A DNA stretch of 64,000 nt from Pristiophorus japonicus (taxonomy: Eukaryota). The notes under the pieces were generated by a model. The model saw only the letters and a program-made list of their open reading frames with translations. It did no database searches and was not told where the DNA came from. Of this stretch, positions 13,270-24,759 are shown in pieces (within the stretch, counting starts at the first letter, position 1; every line of letters begins with the position of its first letter). The DNA lies in NCBI RefSeq assembly GCF_044704955.1, contig NC_091991.1, forward strand, positions 132,990,001 to 133,054,000. The letters are read 5' to 3'. The translations under genes and the position numbers were made by a program.

Positions 13270-13462
13270 AAAACAGCAGCATCTATGGAGAGAGAAACAG
13301 AGTTAACGTTTCGGGTCGATGACAATCACTTCCGATGAAGGGTCATCACCCTGAAACATTAACTCTGTTTCTCTCCCCACAGATGCTGCCTGACCAGCCG
13401 AACGTTTCCAGCATTTTCTGTTTTTATTTCAGATTGCCAGCATCCACAGTATTTCGCTTATG
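13270..13462. mobile_element. Short palindromic Penelope terminal-repeat remnant with degenerate minimal hammerhead
   Basis: Imperfect inverted arms 13275-13323 / 13342-13389, homologous to 33525-33650; ccgatga-agggt(catc)accct-gaaacatt. Confidence 0.7.
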
Positions 13463-14639
13463 CCTTATTTCATCTTGTATCAGTTCAGAAATGAAATAGA
13501 AGTGCTGAAATTCCATGGAGGTTTGACCAGTTTCTCAATGCAAATCTGGTGGAACCCCCCAGCAAAACCCTGTAAATGACTTTGCTTGACTTCAGTGCTG
13601 ATGAGTCTGAGAATTCCCCTCCACGTTCCCCTCGTGTTCCACTGGAGTTACCACTAGAGGCTGCTAGAATACCCACCGAATTTCAGGGCCACGTATTTAA
13701 GGTACTTCAAAACCCAACTCCTATCATTAATTTTAACTTGACTTGCCAACTTCCACAGAACTCCTCACTTACATTCTTTGTTGCTCCCTCGGTTCCAATA
13801 AATGTCCTTTTTTATGTCCCCTGTTTTCTTTTTCAGCTGTTCCTGTTTGCTGAAGTCTTGTAAATGCTTCAATTACAGTCGGCTTTCTGACAATTGGGCA
13901 ATATTTAGGTTCCACATAAACATTACACAGCATTTCCTTTCGTATCCTGAGTATCTTTTCATGAAAATGGCCGCAAAAAATTAGTAACAAAATTCAATGC
14001 TAAAACTATATAATGAAACTGGAAAATAAAAGGAAAAAATGCTAAAAGACCTCAGATCCATAAGCGCCTTCACTGTCCATACAGCTTCCCTTAGGCCTAC
14101 TCCAGATGGGTGAAAAGAACGGCCAGCAGGATTCCATCTCAAACAGATGGAAAATCACGCTCGGCATCATTTAAACGCAATGTAATATTTAAATGAAGCA
14201 ATGGCTCATTTTCGTCAAGATCACTTTCATCTAACAAACGCCTGATGTAAGTCTGCGCTTGTCACTAAGCTGCTGCACATCCAGCTATATGAATTTGAAT
14301 GAGATTTTCCAGTTTTCCATCTGTTCTGCTCCAGTATCATAATGACCAGAAAATATACTCTAAAGACTCCAGAGTCGAACCTAGAGGAAATTGCAAACAT
14401 TTATAGCAATTAATTACGATGGCTACAGTTAACACATTGGCAGCAGAATATTGTTCAAATCATCCATATAAAGGCGTACTTCTCAAATTGTGGTGAAGGC
14501 GCATCCATTAACATTAAATTTAGATTGATACACGTAGAGTAGCAAATGTCTCTAATAGTATCTCACACTGACCGCTTGGTCCTCAAAATGAAATAGGAAC
14601 AGATGCGAAATCTCGACTGGAAACATGATATGAATCCCT

Positions 14640-15703
14640 CCAACAGGGTTATCCCTGAGGCCGAAACAGAGTCCCGCAGATTCGTATACACTGATGACAT
14701 TGCCTTGGCCACGCAAAGCATGAATCTATCCATCACCGAGGAAACCCTGACCAGTGATTTACAGAGGATGGAGGCCTACTTCTGCCGATGGCGACTCCGG
14801 CCATACCGGTAAAAGACCGTCACCTCGACATTCCACCTTAACACCCATCAAGCAAACCAAGCTTTGAAAGTCTCCTTTTGCGACACAGAGGTAAACCATT
14901 TAGAAGTCATACTTGATCGCACCCTGTTGTATAGACATCATCTTCAGAACCTTGGGAAGAAACTAAAGAGCAGGGTCAACTCGATCCAGAATCTCGCCAG
15001 ATCCACATGGGGAGCAAACGCTCAAACCCTCCGTATGGCAGCACTCGCCCTGGTGTACTCTACAGCGGAGTACTGCTCTCCAGCATGGCTATCAAGTCCA
15101 CATATCAAATCCATTGATGTCCAGCTGAATTCTACTATGAGAATTATCACCAGTACGCTTTTATCGAAACCAACACCTTGGCTCCCCGTGCTTGCAAACA
15201 TCACACCACTACATCTACGCTGCGAATATGCAGTCTCCAGATAATACAACCGCTAAACCAGCAAAGACATGCCAATCCAGGCTGACTTGAAAAACCTTTC
15301 CAATCTAGAGGGCCATTTTGGTGATTTTCCCTCAGCCTTGATGACTGATGTGAAATGCTTGGAAGAACTGTGACATACGGAATGGATTCCTTATAGAGGA
15401 CCCTGCAGTACAACCTGAGGGTTAAACCTTCCTCGCAAACAGTGGACAACCATCAACCGCCTCAGAACTGGTCATGGTAGATGCTGCCACCTTCTCCATA
15501 GGTGGAAAATTAAAGCATTCCCATCATGTGACTATGGAACTCCTAATCAGACCCTGGAGCACATCATTGAGCATTGCCCTCACAGGAAGTTCACAGGCAG
15601 CCTACAAGATATCCACGCTGTTACACCGGAAGCTTTGGCCCGGTTATCTGACTTAGATATTGATATTTGATTTGCTTTGCTACTACTATACGAAAGAAGA
15701 AGA
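14640..15703 (+). mobile_element. Degenerate Ingi/Vingi-clade LINE (RT C-terminal half)
   Basis: FVYTDDIALA; TWGANAQTLRMAALALVYSTAEYCSPAW; zinc-finger-like CDYG..QTLEHIIEHC; (gaa)n tail. Confidence 0.8.
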
Positions 15704-15804
15704 TCCCTTAAGTCATGCCAATTAAAGCTGCTCGCTAAGATAACACCGCTAATATTAAGGGATTCACGTGAAGGAAGCATAGCAGAGATGGTAAAGGAGA
15801 AAAA

Positions 15805-16178
15805 AAAGAAAAAGAAAGACTTAAATTTATATTAAGCCTTTCACGACCGCAGGATGTCCCAAAATGCTTTACAGCCAGTGAAGTGTTTTTGAAGTATAAT
15901 GTGGGAAATGCGGCAGCCAATTTGCGCACAGCAAACTCTCACAAACAGCAATGTGATAATGACCAGATAATCTGTTTTGGTGATGTTAGGTGAGGGATAA
16001 ATATTGGCCAGGACATCAGGGATAATCCCCCTGCTCTTCTTCAAAATAGTGCCATGGGATCTTTTACATCCACCTGAGAGAGCAGATGAGGCCTTGGTTC
16101 AACATCTCATCTGAAAGACAGCACCTTCGACAGTGCAGCACTCCCTCAGTACTGCATTGGAGTGTCAGCCTAGATTTA
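15805..16178 (-). mobile_element. SINE (SacSINE1/DeuSINE-like), head missing
   Basis: Reverse complement of the 19750-20073 body, plus tail ..taaatttaagtctttc. Confidence 0.8.
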
Positions 16179-16902
16179 ACTGTTCAAGCAATTATAACTT
16201 TCATCAATAACTGATCAACTTGTGGGAATTTAACAGAAATCAGAACTACATTTCAGGATGTAATGCTGGAGTAAAACTCCTGGTAGATGCTACCAACCCA
16301 CATCATGTTCTCCAGCACTCTCACCATATTCCATTAATCTATTGGGACAGTGTGGGAAAATCATCAAAACAAATTCCATTGGCTCTTCTCTTGAGCTGTC
16401 TCTTGTAATCTTCCTCGTGCCTCCAGGTGCACCCTGGGGAGTATATGATTAACTTAATGTCAAATGATAATGGCTGTCAGGCAATCGATGCCACCGTTCA
16501 GAGTAATGAGCACTTAATGTGAAGCAAAGCCATTAATTAAAATATAAAGTAATATGGTCCCCTGAAACAATCTCCTACAAATTAGTGTGAATCGAGACTC
16601 AGTGGAGGCACAACAATCAAGTAATGCATATATATTAAGCAAACAACACAGATATATTGATGAGAAATCATGCCCCCTGAACAAAAAACGAAATTGCCCA
16701 AAGCGCAACAAAGACGATAAGGAAAATGAATTAATGTAATGTATTTTACAGGGGTCAGGCATGTCTAAACCCACAAGCCTAAGTACTCATGCAATTCAGA
16801 CCACACCACACCACAGTAAGGTGGCCTGCGAAACTCGGCTGGATTTGGAGCTTTATCAAGCAGGAAAGGTTGTCAATGTGGAGTCTCTGCTGTATTTACA
16901 AC

Positions 16903-18689
16903 AGTAATGTATGCACCTGTGAGTATGCTCACAGGTTTGTAGAGCTGTTGCCACCCTGTGCGGAGGGGAGCGGGTAGGTCCGAGGGCCTCCTCGTAGGAC
17001 TGCTCCTGGGCACGGCCAAGGGTGCCATCAGCCGGTCCAGGCAGGGGCGGTCGAGGGGGTCATTCATCCTGACTGCCTGACTCTCTTCCGCGCGTACATC
17101 CGCGCCAGGGTGTCCTTGGAGATGGAGCACGCGGTGTCCACCGGTACGCTCGCAGCCTTCCGTGAGAGGTGGGCGCCGGCGGGACTGGAGTGCATTGTCA
17201 CCCCCGGCAACCAAATTTTAATTTGATTTTATGTTTTAAAGTTTAATTTGTTTTAATTGCTGGAGTTTTAGTGTCCCCCTCCACTTTTATAGGGGGCACT
17301 TGTAAAATATTGAATTTTAATGCCCTAAAAAAACCCCACAAAAAACAACCTACAAAAATACAAAAAAAAACAAAAAAAGAAACAAAAAAAAGAGGGCTGT
17401 TATAAGTGTCTGGAGTGTCCCCCAGATCGGGGGGCACTCGATCTAATGTTGATTTGTACTCCCCAAAATGAGTTGTAGAGCTGTTGCCACCCTGTGCGGA
17501 GGGGAGCAGGCAGGTCAGAAGGCCTCCTCGTAGGACTGCTCCTGGGCATGGCCAAGGGGGCCATCTCCCGATCCAGGCAGCGGGCGGTCGAGGTGGCCGT
17601 TCAGCCTGACTGCCTGCCTCTCTTCCGCAATTACATCTGAGCCAGGGTGTCCCTGGAGATGGAGCACGTGGTGTCCACCGATACGCTCGCAGCCTTCCAT
17701 GAGGGGTGGGACTGGAGTGCATTATTACCCCCGGCAACCAAATTTTAATTTGATTTTATATGTTTTAAAGTATAATTTGTTTTAATTGCCGGTTTTAGTG
17801 TCCCCCTTCCCTTTTATAGGGGGTAGTTTTATATATTCATGTTTTAGAGCCCCCCAAAAAAACACAAAAAAACCAAAAAAGGGCCTGGAAAAATGTTTGG
17901 AGTGTCCCCCAGAGTGGGGGGCACTTGATTTAATTGTTTATTTATTGTTTCTTAACGAAAAGAGTTGTAGAGCTGTTGCCATCCTGTGCGGAGGGGAGCA
18001 GGCAGGTTGGAAGGCCTCCTCTTAGGACTGCTCCTGGGCACGGCCAAGGGGGCCATCTCCCGATCCAGGCAGCGGGCGGTCAAGGGGGTCGTTCAGCCCG
18101 ACTGCCTGCCTCTCTTCCACAGTTACATCTGAGCCAGGGTGTCCCTGGAGATGGAGCACGCGGTGTCCACCGGTACGCTCGTGGCCTTCTGCAAGAGGTG
18201 GGCGCCAGAGGGACTGGAGTGCATCACCACCCCCGGCAACCAACTTTTAATTTGATTTTAATGTCGAAAGTTTAAGTTATTTAAGTTGTTGATTTTCGTG
18301 CATCCCCCCATCCTTTTAGCCAGGGGGCACTTGTATAATTTGTGTTTCTAACGCCCTCAAAAAAAAACAAAGGGGCACTTGAAAAGTTTTTGCGGTGTGC
18401 CTCCCCCTTTAATCAGGGGGGCACTTGATTACTGATACAACTAAAATAGTTGTAGAGCTGTTGCATTGTGAGTGGCTTAGCCAGTCATGTGATGTTCACA
18501 AGATTCAATAAAACCCCAGTCAGTTGGGTCTAAGTCATCCATGATGAGGTATGCAGTTGTGAGCCCGGTGGATGAACTGGTAATGTGCAGTGTGATTGCT
18601 AAACCTTTGTTAATAAATCAACTAGTTCTTAATAGCAACGTGTTGCTATGAATTCTTAAGCAAAGAACCTATGAAGCAAATACATTACA
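16903..18689 (+). mobile_element. Solo LTR interrupted by the Tx1 3'-end array
   Basis: Ends (a)gtaatgtat..atacattaca are inverted; aataaa at ~18507; near-TSD acaac/gcaac. Confidence 0.7.
16952..18449 (+). mobile_element. Three tandem 5'-truncated Tx1 copies (16952-17472, 17488-17964, 17980-18449)
   Basis: Each is homologous to 28380-28890. They are separated and flanked by ttgtagagctgttgc at 16937, 17473, 17965 and 18450. Confidence 0.92.
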
Positions 18690-18794
18690 GCAACAGTAGG
18701 AGCAACAGTGGTGGCTAGACAATTCCTGACAAGTTACACAGTGATTGTATAAAGGCCCCGAATTCTCCAATTTTTATCCCACAACCACCATCAC

Positions 18795-18990
18795 TAAAAT
18801 AGATTATCTGGTCATTATCTCATTGCTGTTCATAGGAGCATGCTTTGCACAGATTGGCTGCCACGTTTGCTACATTACAAGAGTGACTACACTTCAAAAA
18901 GTGCATCATTGGCTGTAAAGCACTTGGGGGCGCCCTGAGGTTGTGAAAGAGGCTATATGAATGCAAGTCTTTCTTTTTCCCTTTTCTTTC
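18795..18990 (+). mobile_element. SINE 3' fragment
   Basis: Matches 19960-20073, plus tail gaggctatatgaatgcaagtctttc. Confidence 0.75.
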
Positions 18991-19481
18991 CAAGTCAGAT
19001 AAAATTGCTGTTTGACAACGGAGGCTTAGGTCCCTCATGGAGTGGCAGGGTGGGGGTTGTGCGAGATGGTCACAGGAGTGAATTTTAATTAAGAACTGCT
19101 ACACTTTGCAGCACAAAGACCCCCTTCAGAAGCAGAGATGAAAATAAATTTCGAAAGTGGGTGCAACAGAGCAATTATTTCCAGTCTGGACGTGGCAGTT
19201 GTAAAAACATGATCTGGAGCTGGACGCAAAACTCTGTGATTTGTTTCATTTATTTTACTCTAAATCTTTGAATTTTGTGGAGAGAATATTAAAAAAAGTA
19301 TCTCCGGCCAGAAAAGATAGCAGTTTCTCCCGCTGGCCTGCTGATAGTCACAATATCACGGAGTGGGTGTTTGTAACTGGAGGCTATTCACCGAAAAGGG
19401 AATGCTCCTTAATTTGTTCACTGATCAGTTGCAGCACATGAATCACTTTGTACCATACATGTACGAAGCTACAGAAACACA

Positions 19482-19662
19482 AAATCTAGGCTCCAGTGCA
19501 GTACTGAGGGAATGCTGCACAGTCCGAGGTGCCAACTTTTGGATGAGACTTTAAACTGTGTTCCCATCTGTCTTCTCAGGAAGACCTAAAATATTCCATG
19601 GCATTATTTCAAAGAACTCCAGGGGAGTTCTTCCTGATGTCCTGGCCAATATTTATCCCTCA
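19482..19662 (+). mobile_element. SINE internal fragment
   Basis: Diverged copy of 19751-19936. Confidence 0.7.
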
Positions 19663-19664
19663 AG

Positions 19665-20073
19665 TGTCAGCTGTGGCTCAGTGGGTAGCACACTTGCCTC
19701 TGAGTTATACGGTTGTGGGTTCAAGTCCCACTCCAGGAACTTGAGCACATAAATCTAGGCTGACACGCTAGTGCAGTGCTGAGGGAGTGTTGCACTGTTG
19801 GAGATGCTCTCTTTTGGATGAGACATCAAACTGAGGCCCCGTCTGCCCTCTCAGATGGACATAAAAGATCCCATGGCACTATTTCAAAGAAGAGCAGGGG
19901 AATCATCCCCGGTGTCCTGGCCAATATTTACCTCTCAATCAACATAACAAAAAAAAACAGAGTATCTGGTCATTATCACGTTGCTATTTGTGGGAGTTTG
20001 CTGTGCGCAAGTTGGCTGCCACGTTTCCCACATTACAACAGTTGCTACACTTCAAAAGTACTTCATTGGCTGT
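19665..20073 (+). mobile_element. tRNA-headed SINE (SacSINE1/DeuSINE-like), cut at its 3' end by a Gypsy LTR
   Basis: Pol III A box tggctcagtgg and B box ggttcaagtcc; body shared with three other copies in the window. Confidence 0.85.
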
Positions 20074-20240
20074 TGTGATACATTCTTTACATCACAAACA
20101 CACACATACAAGATGGATCTACAAGAACTTGTCAGGTGACCTTGTGAAACGATGCTTTTATTGAATATTCACCAGCAGTTGCATTACCACATTAGTCCAC
20201 TAGGTGGAGCAGGAGGTCCACTGGATGGAGCTCTATGACA
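20074..20240 (-). repeat. Gypsy 3' LTR (about 167 bp) with adjacent polypurine tract at 20241-20253
   Basis: Minus strand reads aaggagggagaag|tgtcatag..aataaa..tatcaca. Confidence 0.8.
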
Positions 20241-22633
20241 CTTCTCCCTCCTTGATGAAGAAGTAATCATAACAAAATAATCATTACATATAACTTGCAT
20301 GGGTTATACACAACAAAAGATATGGACTTATTTTGGCATATTTACAAATCAAGCTTAACCACTGGTTTTCTGTTTCGAAGAGGATACCTTCGCTCTCGAA
20401 CAGAACTTTCCAAACATGGTGTTGAACTGAGGCAGAGCCTGAGGAGAGTTTGTTTCTTGATCTACATTTTGACTCTCTACAACTTCATACTGTTTGACTG
20501 CCTGACTCGTGAGACTTAAATTCTGACTTTCTCTTGGACTTGTTTCTAGTACATCTGATGTAGGATTTGCTACTGGTACTGTACTTGTAACAAGATTATC
20601 TGACTCATCAGAAATAATCGAATCATTCCAACTTTCAACTCCTTCCACATCTGTAGGTAAAATATGATCAATGTGAACAAACCAAACCTGTCCATGATCA
20701 AACATCTTGACCAAATATGTGCGAGGACCACATATCTTCACTATTCTTCCTGGTAACCACTTTAACCATTTATGGTGATGATTCTTCACTCTAACCTTCT
20801 GATTTAATTTCACACTTCTCTCTCTTACTCTACCTCTATCATGATTCTCTTTCTGCTTTTATTGTTTCTCTTCGACTGACTGTGCCAAGTTTGGCTTTAA
20901 CAACGGGAACTTGGTTCGTGGCTGTCATTTGAGAAACAACTCTGCTAGTGTTGTACCAGTAGTTGTATGAGGAGTATTGCGATAACATAAGAATATAAGA
21001 ATTAGGAACAGGAGTAGGCCATCTAGCCCCTCGAGCCTGCTCCGTCATTCAACAAAATCATGGCTGATCTGGCTGTGGACTCAGCTCCACTTACCCGCCC
21101 GCTCCCCATAACCCTTAATTCCCTTATTGGTAAAAAATCTATCTATCTGTGACTTGAATACATTCAATGAGCTAGCCTCAACTGCTTCCTTGGGCAGAGA
21201 ATTCCATATATTCACAACCCTCTGGGAGAAGAAATTCCTTCTCAACTCGGTTTTAAATTGGCTCCCCCGTATTTTGAGGCTGTGCCCCCTAGTTCTAGTC
21301 TCCCCTACCAATGGAAACAACCTCTCTGCCTCTATCTTGTCTATCCCTTTCATTATTTTAAATGTTTCTATAAGATCACCCCTCATCCTTCTGAACTCCA
21401 ACAAGTAAAGACCCAGTCTACTCAATCTATCATCATAAGGCAACTCCCTCATCTCTGGAATCAGCCTAGTGAATCGTCTCTGTACCCCCTCCAAAGCTAG
21501 TATATCCTTCCTTAAGTAAGGTGACCAAAACTGCACGCAGTACTCCAGGTGCGGCCTCACCAATACCCTGTACAGTTGCAGAAGGACGTCCCTGCTTTTG
21601 TACTCCATCCTTCTCGCAATGAAGGCCAACATTCCATTCGCCTTCCTGATAACCTGCTGCACCTGCAAACTAACTTTTTGGAATTGAGTTTCATGCACAA
21701 GGACCAATTGTGGAGCAGTGGAGGCGTGTCCTGCTCAGTTGGAGCTGTGAGCAGTGAGAGGAGCAGCTACCAACTTGAGCTCCTGCCTGGAGAGCCCTGA
21801 GAACAGCCCAGGAAGAGAAGGAAGGAAGGGGCTTCACCACCAACTTTCACCCAGAGGGAGAGGAGGAGAAAAGGAAACTTTTTAACAACTTTTTGCCATT
21901 CTGCAATGAGTTGGAGAGAGGGGGAAAGACCAACAAACATCCAGTGTGGAAGGAGGGAGACTCTACCATTCAACAGGTGGGTGTGGGTGCATTTCCCAAA
22001 AAGACTTTGTTATATCGGTGGGGGGAGGTAAGAAGACCACTGAGGGCTGGAACATCGCGGGGGGTGTGTGTGTGTGTGGAAGTGTGTGTGGGGGCCTTGC
22101 TTACAACTAGGCCCCCCCCCCACAATTAGAACCCCCCCCCACCCCCCCACATTTGCCTAGCCTGGGATAGCTGGAGCTACCAGGCTGAAGATTTTTCTTA
22201 ATCACCCTATTAACATCGTTAGGAGTGTGTGCCTGGTGGCTCTAGCTGCCCCAGGTGAAGACGTCTTCCCCCCCCACCTGAAGACCAATCCAAAGACTGT
22301 GTTTTTTGTGTTTTGCCATCTGGGGAGTGCACCCACCCACAGCTGCGAGGGGAGACCTGCCCTCGCAGTTCCCCCCCCCTTCCCACCCCCCTCTCTCTTT
22401 CTCCGTTACTCCCTGTTTCTCCCCTCTCTCTCTGAGAGCCCTTTTCTTCCCAAATCAATTAAAAAAAAAACAATTGAGACAACTGAGCAGAGGGAGCAAG
22501 GCCCCTCCCCAATTGCCAACTAGGGGAGAGGTGCCTCGTTAAGGGCTCCTCTGCTCAGTTAATATACGAGGCCAATAAAGACCATTAAGGCCTGTGACTT
22601 TGGGGTGGGTGTAGCCCTTAAAGGGACCCCGTG

Positions 22634-24733
22634 ATGGCGACCCCATCCACGCCGGTGGCAGGGCCAGCGAGGACATATGCGCAGGTGGCAACCGCTTCCA
22701 CGGCACCTCCAGCGCCACCCGCTGCCCTGCCACCATTCAGATTAATTACAAAAAAACACGGGGTCAAGAGCTACACTCACCCCACAATGAGCATCGAGGA
22801 GTGCGTGCGGGCGATGGCTGGGGTAGTCGGCCCCTCGGCCATTGTCGCAGCCTCCAAGATGTCTGGGAAGGCCGTGTTCTTCCTGGGGTCGGAGCGGGCG
22901 GTGTCCCTGGCCCTTGAAAAGGGGCTCACGGTGGGCGGGACGTTCCTGCCGGTGGACCCTCTCGAGGCCACCGCGCAGAGGTTCATCATTTCAAACGTCC
23001 CTCCCTTTGTTCCCGCTGAGCTCCTCCTCCCTCACCTACAACAACTGGGGGAGGTAAGGTCGGGGATCAACCCCATACCGCTCGGCCTCAGGGAGAACAG
23101 CCTGCGCCACGTGTTCTCCTTCCGCCGCCAGCTCTTTGTCCGGCTGGCGCGGGAGGACATGACGGAAGGGCACTTTAATGTGGTGCACGAGGGGACTGCC
23201 TACCGCGTCTTCTGGACGTTGGACGGCGTGCGGTGCCATGCCTGCAGAGAGGTGGGGCACATTCGCAAGAACTGCCCCGCCTCCAAGGCCGCCAAACCAC
23301 CGAAGGCGGCCAAGGCTGGCGCCGCCGCCACCCCTCCCCCAGTTGCGTCCGCGTGCCGGGAGCCATAGGTGCGCGGGCATCGCCGGGGGCCCTTGCTATT
23401 ACGGCCTCCGGCGGGGGGGAGGAAGAGCATCCGATCGGAAGGAAGGCGCGGGAGAAGGCAAAACATCCAGAGGCGGGTCCCCTCGGTGCGCCAGACAATT
23501 TGTTTACCGCGCTCGGCCCAACCCAGTCACCGGCGAGCGCGGGGTGCCCCGAGCCCGTGCCCGAGCCCTTGAACAACACCACAGAGGGGCCCGGGCGCGG
23601 GCAAGAAAAGGAAAAGGGGGGGGCGGAGCGGGAGGCCTCGGCAGACATGGAGGTCTCCCTGCCTCCGCGCACCCCCAGGAACAAAAGGAGGCGTGGCTCC
23701 GATGAGGGGGAGGGGGAACAACATCCCTCCACGGAGGAGTCGGTGCCCGCCGCGTGTCCCGCGTCCCCAACCAGCGCCCCCAAGCTGCGCTGTAGGCGAG
23801 AGGAGTCTGTCCCCGGGGAGGGTGAGACAGTCGAGACTGCCCAGCCTCTGCCTCCCGGGGATGGCGTGGAAGATCTACCTGTCATGGGGGGGCATGGGGA
23901 TCGCGGAGGAATGCATTGCCGCCGGGCCGGGCGTCCCGGGGACTGAGGCGGGCGGGGCCGAAAAGGCCGAACCTGAGCCCGCCCAGCCAATACCCAACTT
24001 CCCCCGGGAGTCGCTCAACCCGGCAGAAAATGAAACGATTGTTTATAATGACACTGTAGATGCTGGGCCGGGGGGTGGCAGCGGGGAGGGGGAGGAACAC
24101 CCACCCTCGCCTCTTGCTGTGGAGCTGGAGCACTTGGAGAGCCTGGGGATTTCCTATGGCCGGGTCTCTCCTTGTTCCCCGGTTCCTGGGGCGGAGGGGG
24201 AACCCCTTCCGCTGTCATTTCCCGACCCAGCACCATTTTTAAAAGAGCCCAGTGGGGACTCCTCTGCCGACGATCCTGGGGGTGGGATCGGGGCAGAGCC
24301 AGGGCCGGTTGGAGCGGCCGGTTCATTTGCCCTACCTTGTGCGGTCGATGGGCCGGCTGCTGGCGGCCACCTCCCGGAGGAGGACGGGGACTCGGTGGGG
24401 GACGCGGGTGAAGACCTAGAGACCACCGCCAGCGAGGCGGTGGATCTGCTCGCGGCCGCCGCCGAGACCATCCTCATTCCTGCAAAGGAACTCCGGGACT
24501 TTTTGGCCCAGAGCCGGGGTCACTGCAACCAAGCCCGACTGGCCCTGGAAAAATGGTCCGAGCCAGAGCTGATCAAGGGGTCCGTCCGCGCCGCCGTTAA
24601 AACCTTGGCCGCGGGCGGGCCCTTGACAAAGGCGCAACACCTTGAGCTGCGCGAGCTCGAGGGACTCCTCGCTGGGCTGCGGAGGGAGCGGAGTTCAACA
24701 AAAGACTCCGCTCCCTCCCCCACAATAGGTTAA
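22634..24733 (+). pseudogene. Tx1 ORF1 (RNA-binding region, CCHC knuckle, Pro/Glu-rich tail), frameshifted
   Basis: IISNVPPFVPAELL; CHACREVGHIRKNC; the reading continues through overlapping ORFs 23233-23946 and 23693-24733. Confidence 0.82.
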
Positions 24734-24759
24734 GGTAGAGGTTGCACTATGCTTTTGCC

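Noticed and set aside
16937-18464. CRISPR-like repeat-spacer pattern
   Set aside because: The 15-bp repeats are target duplications, the ~500-bp 'spacers' are mutually homologous Tx1 ends, and the context is eukaryotic.
19665-19738. tRNA gene
   Set aside because: It is the head of a SINE and continues into a body repeated elsewhere in the window.
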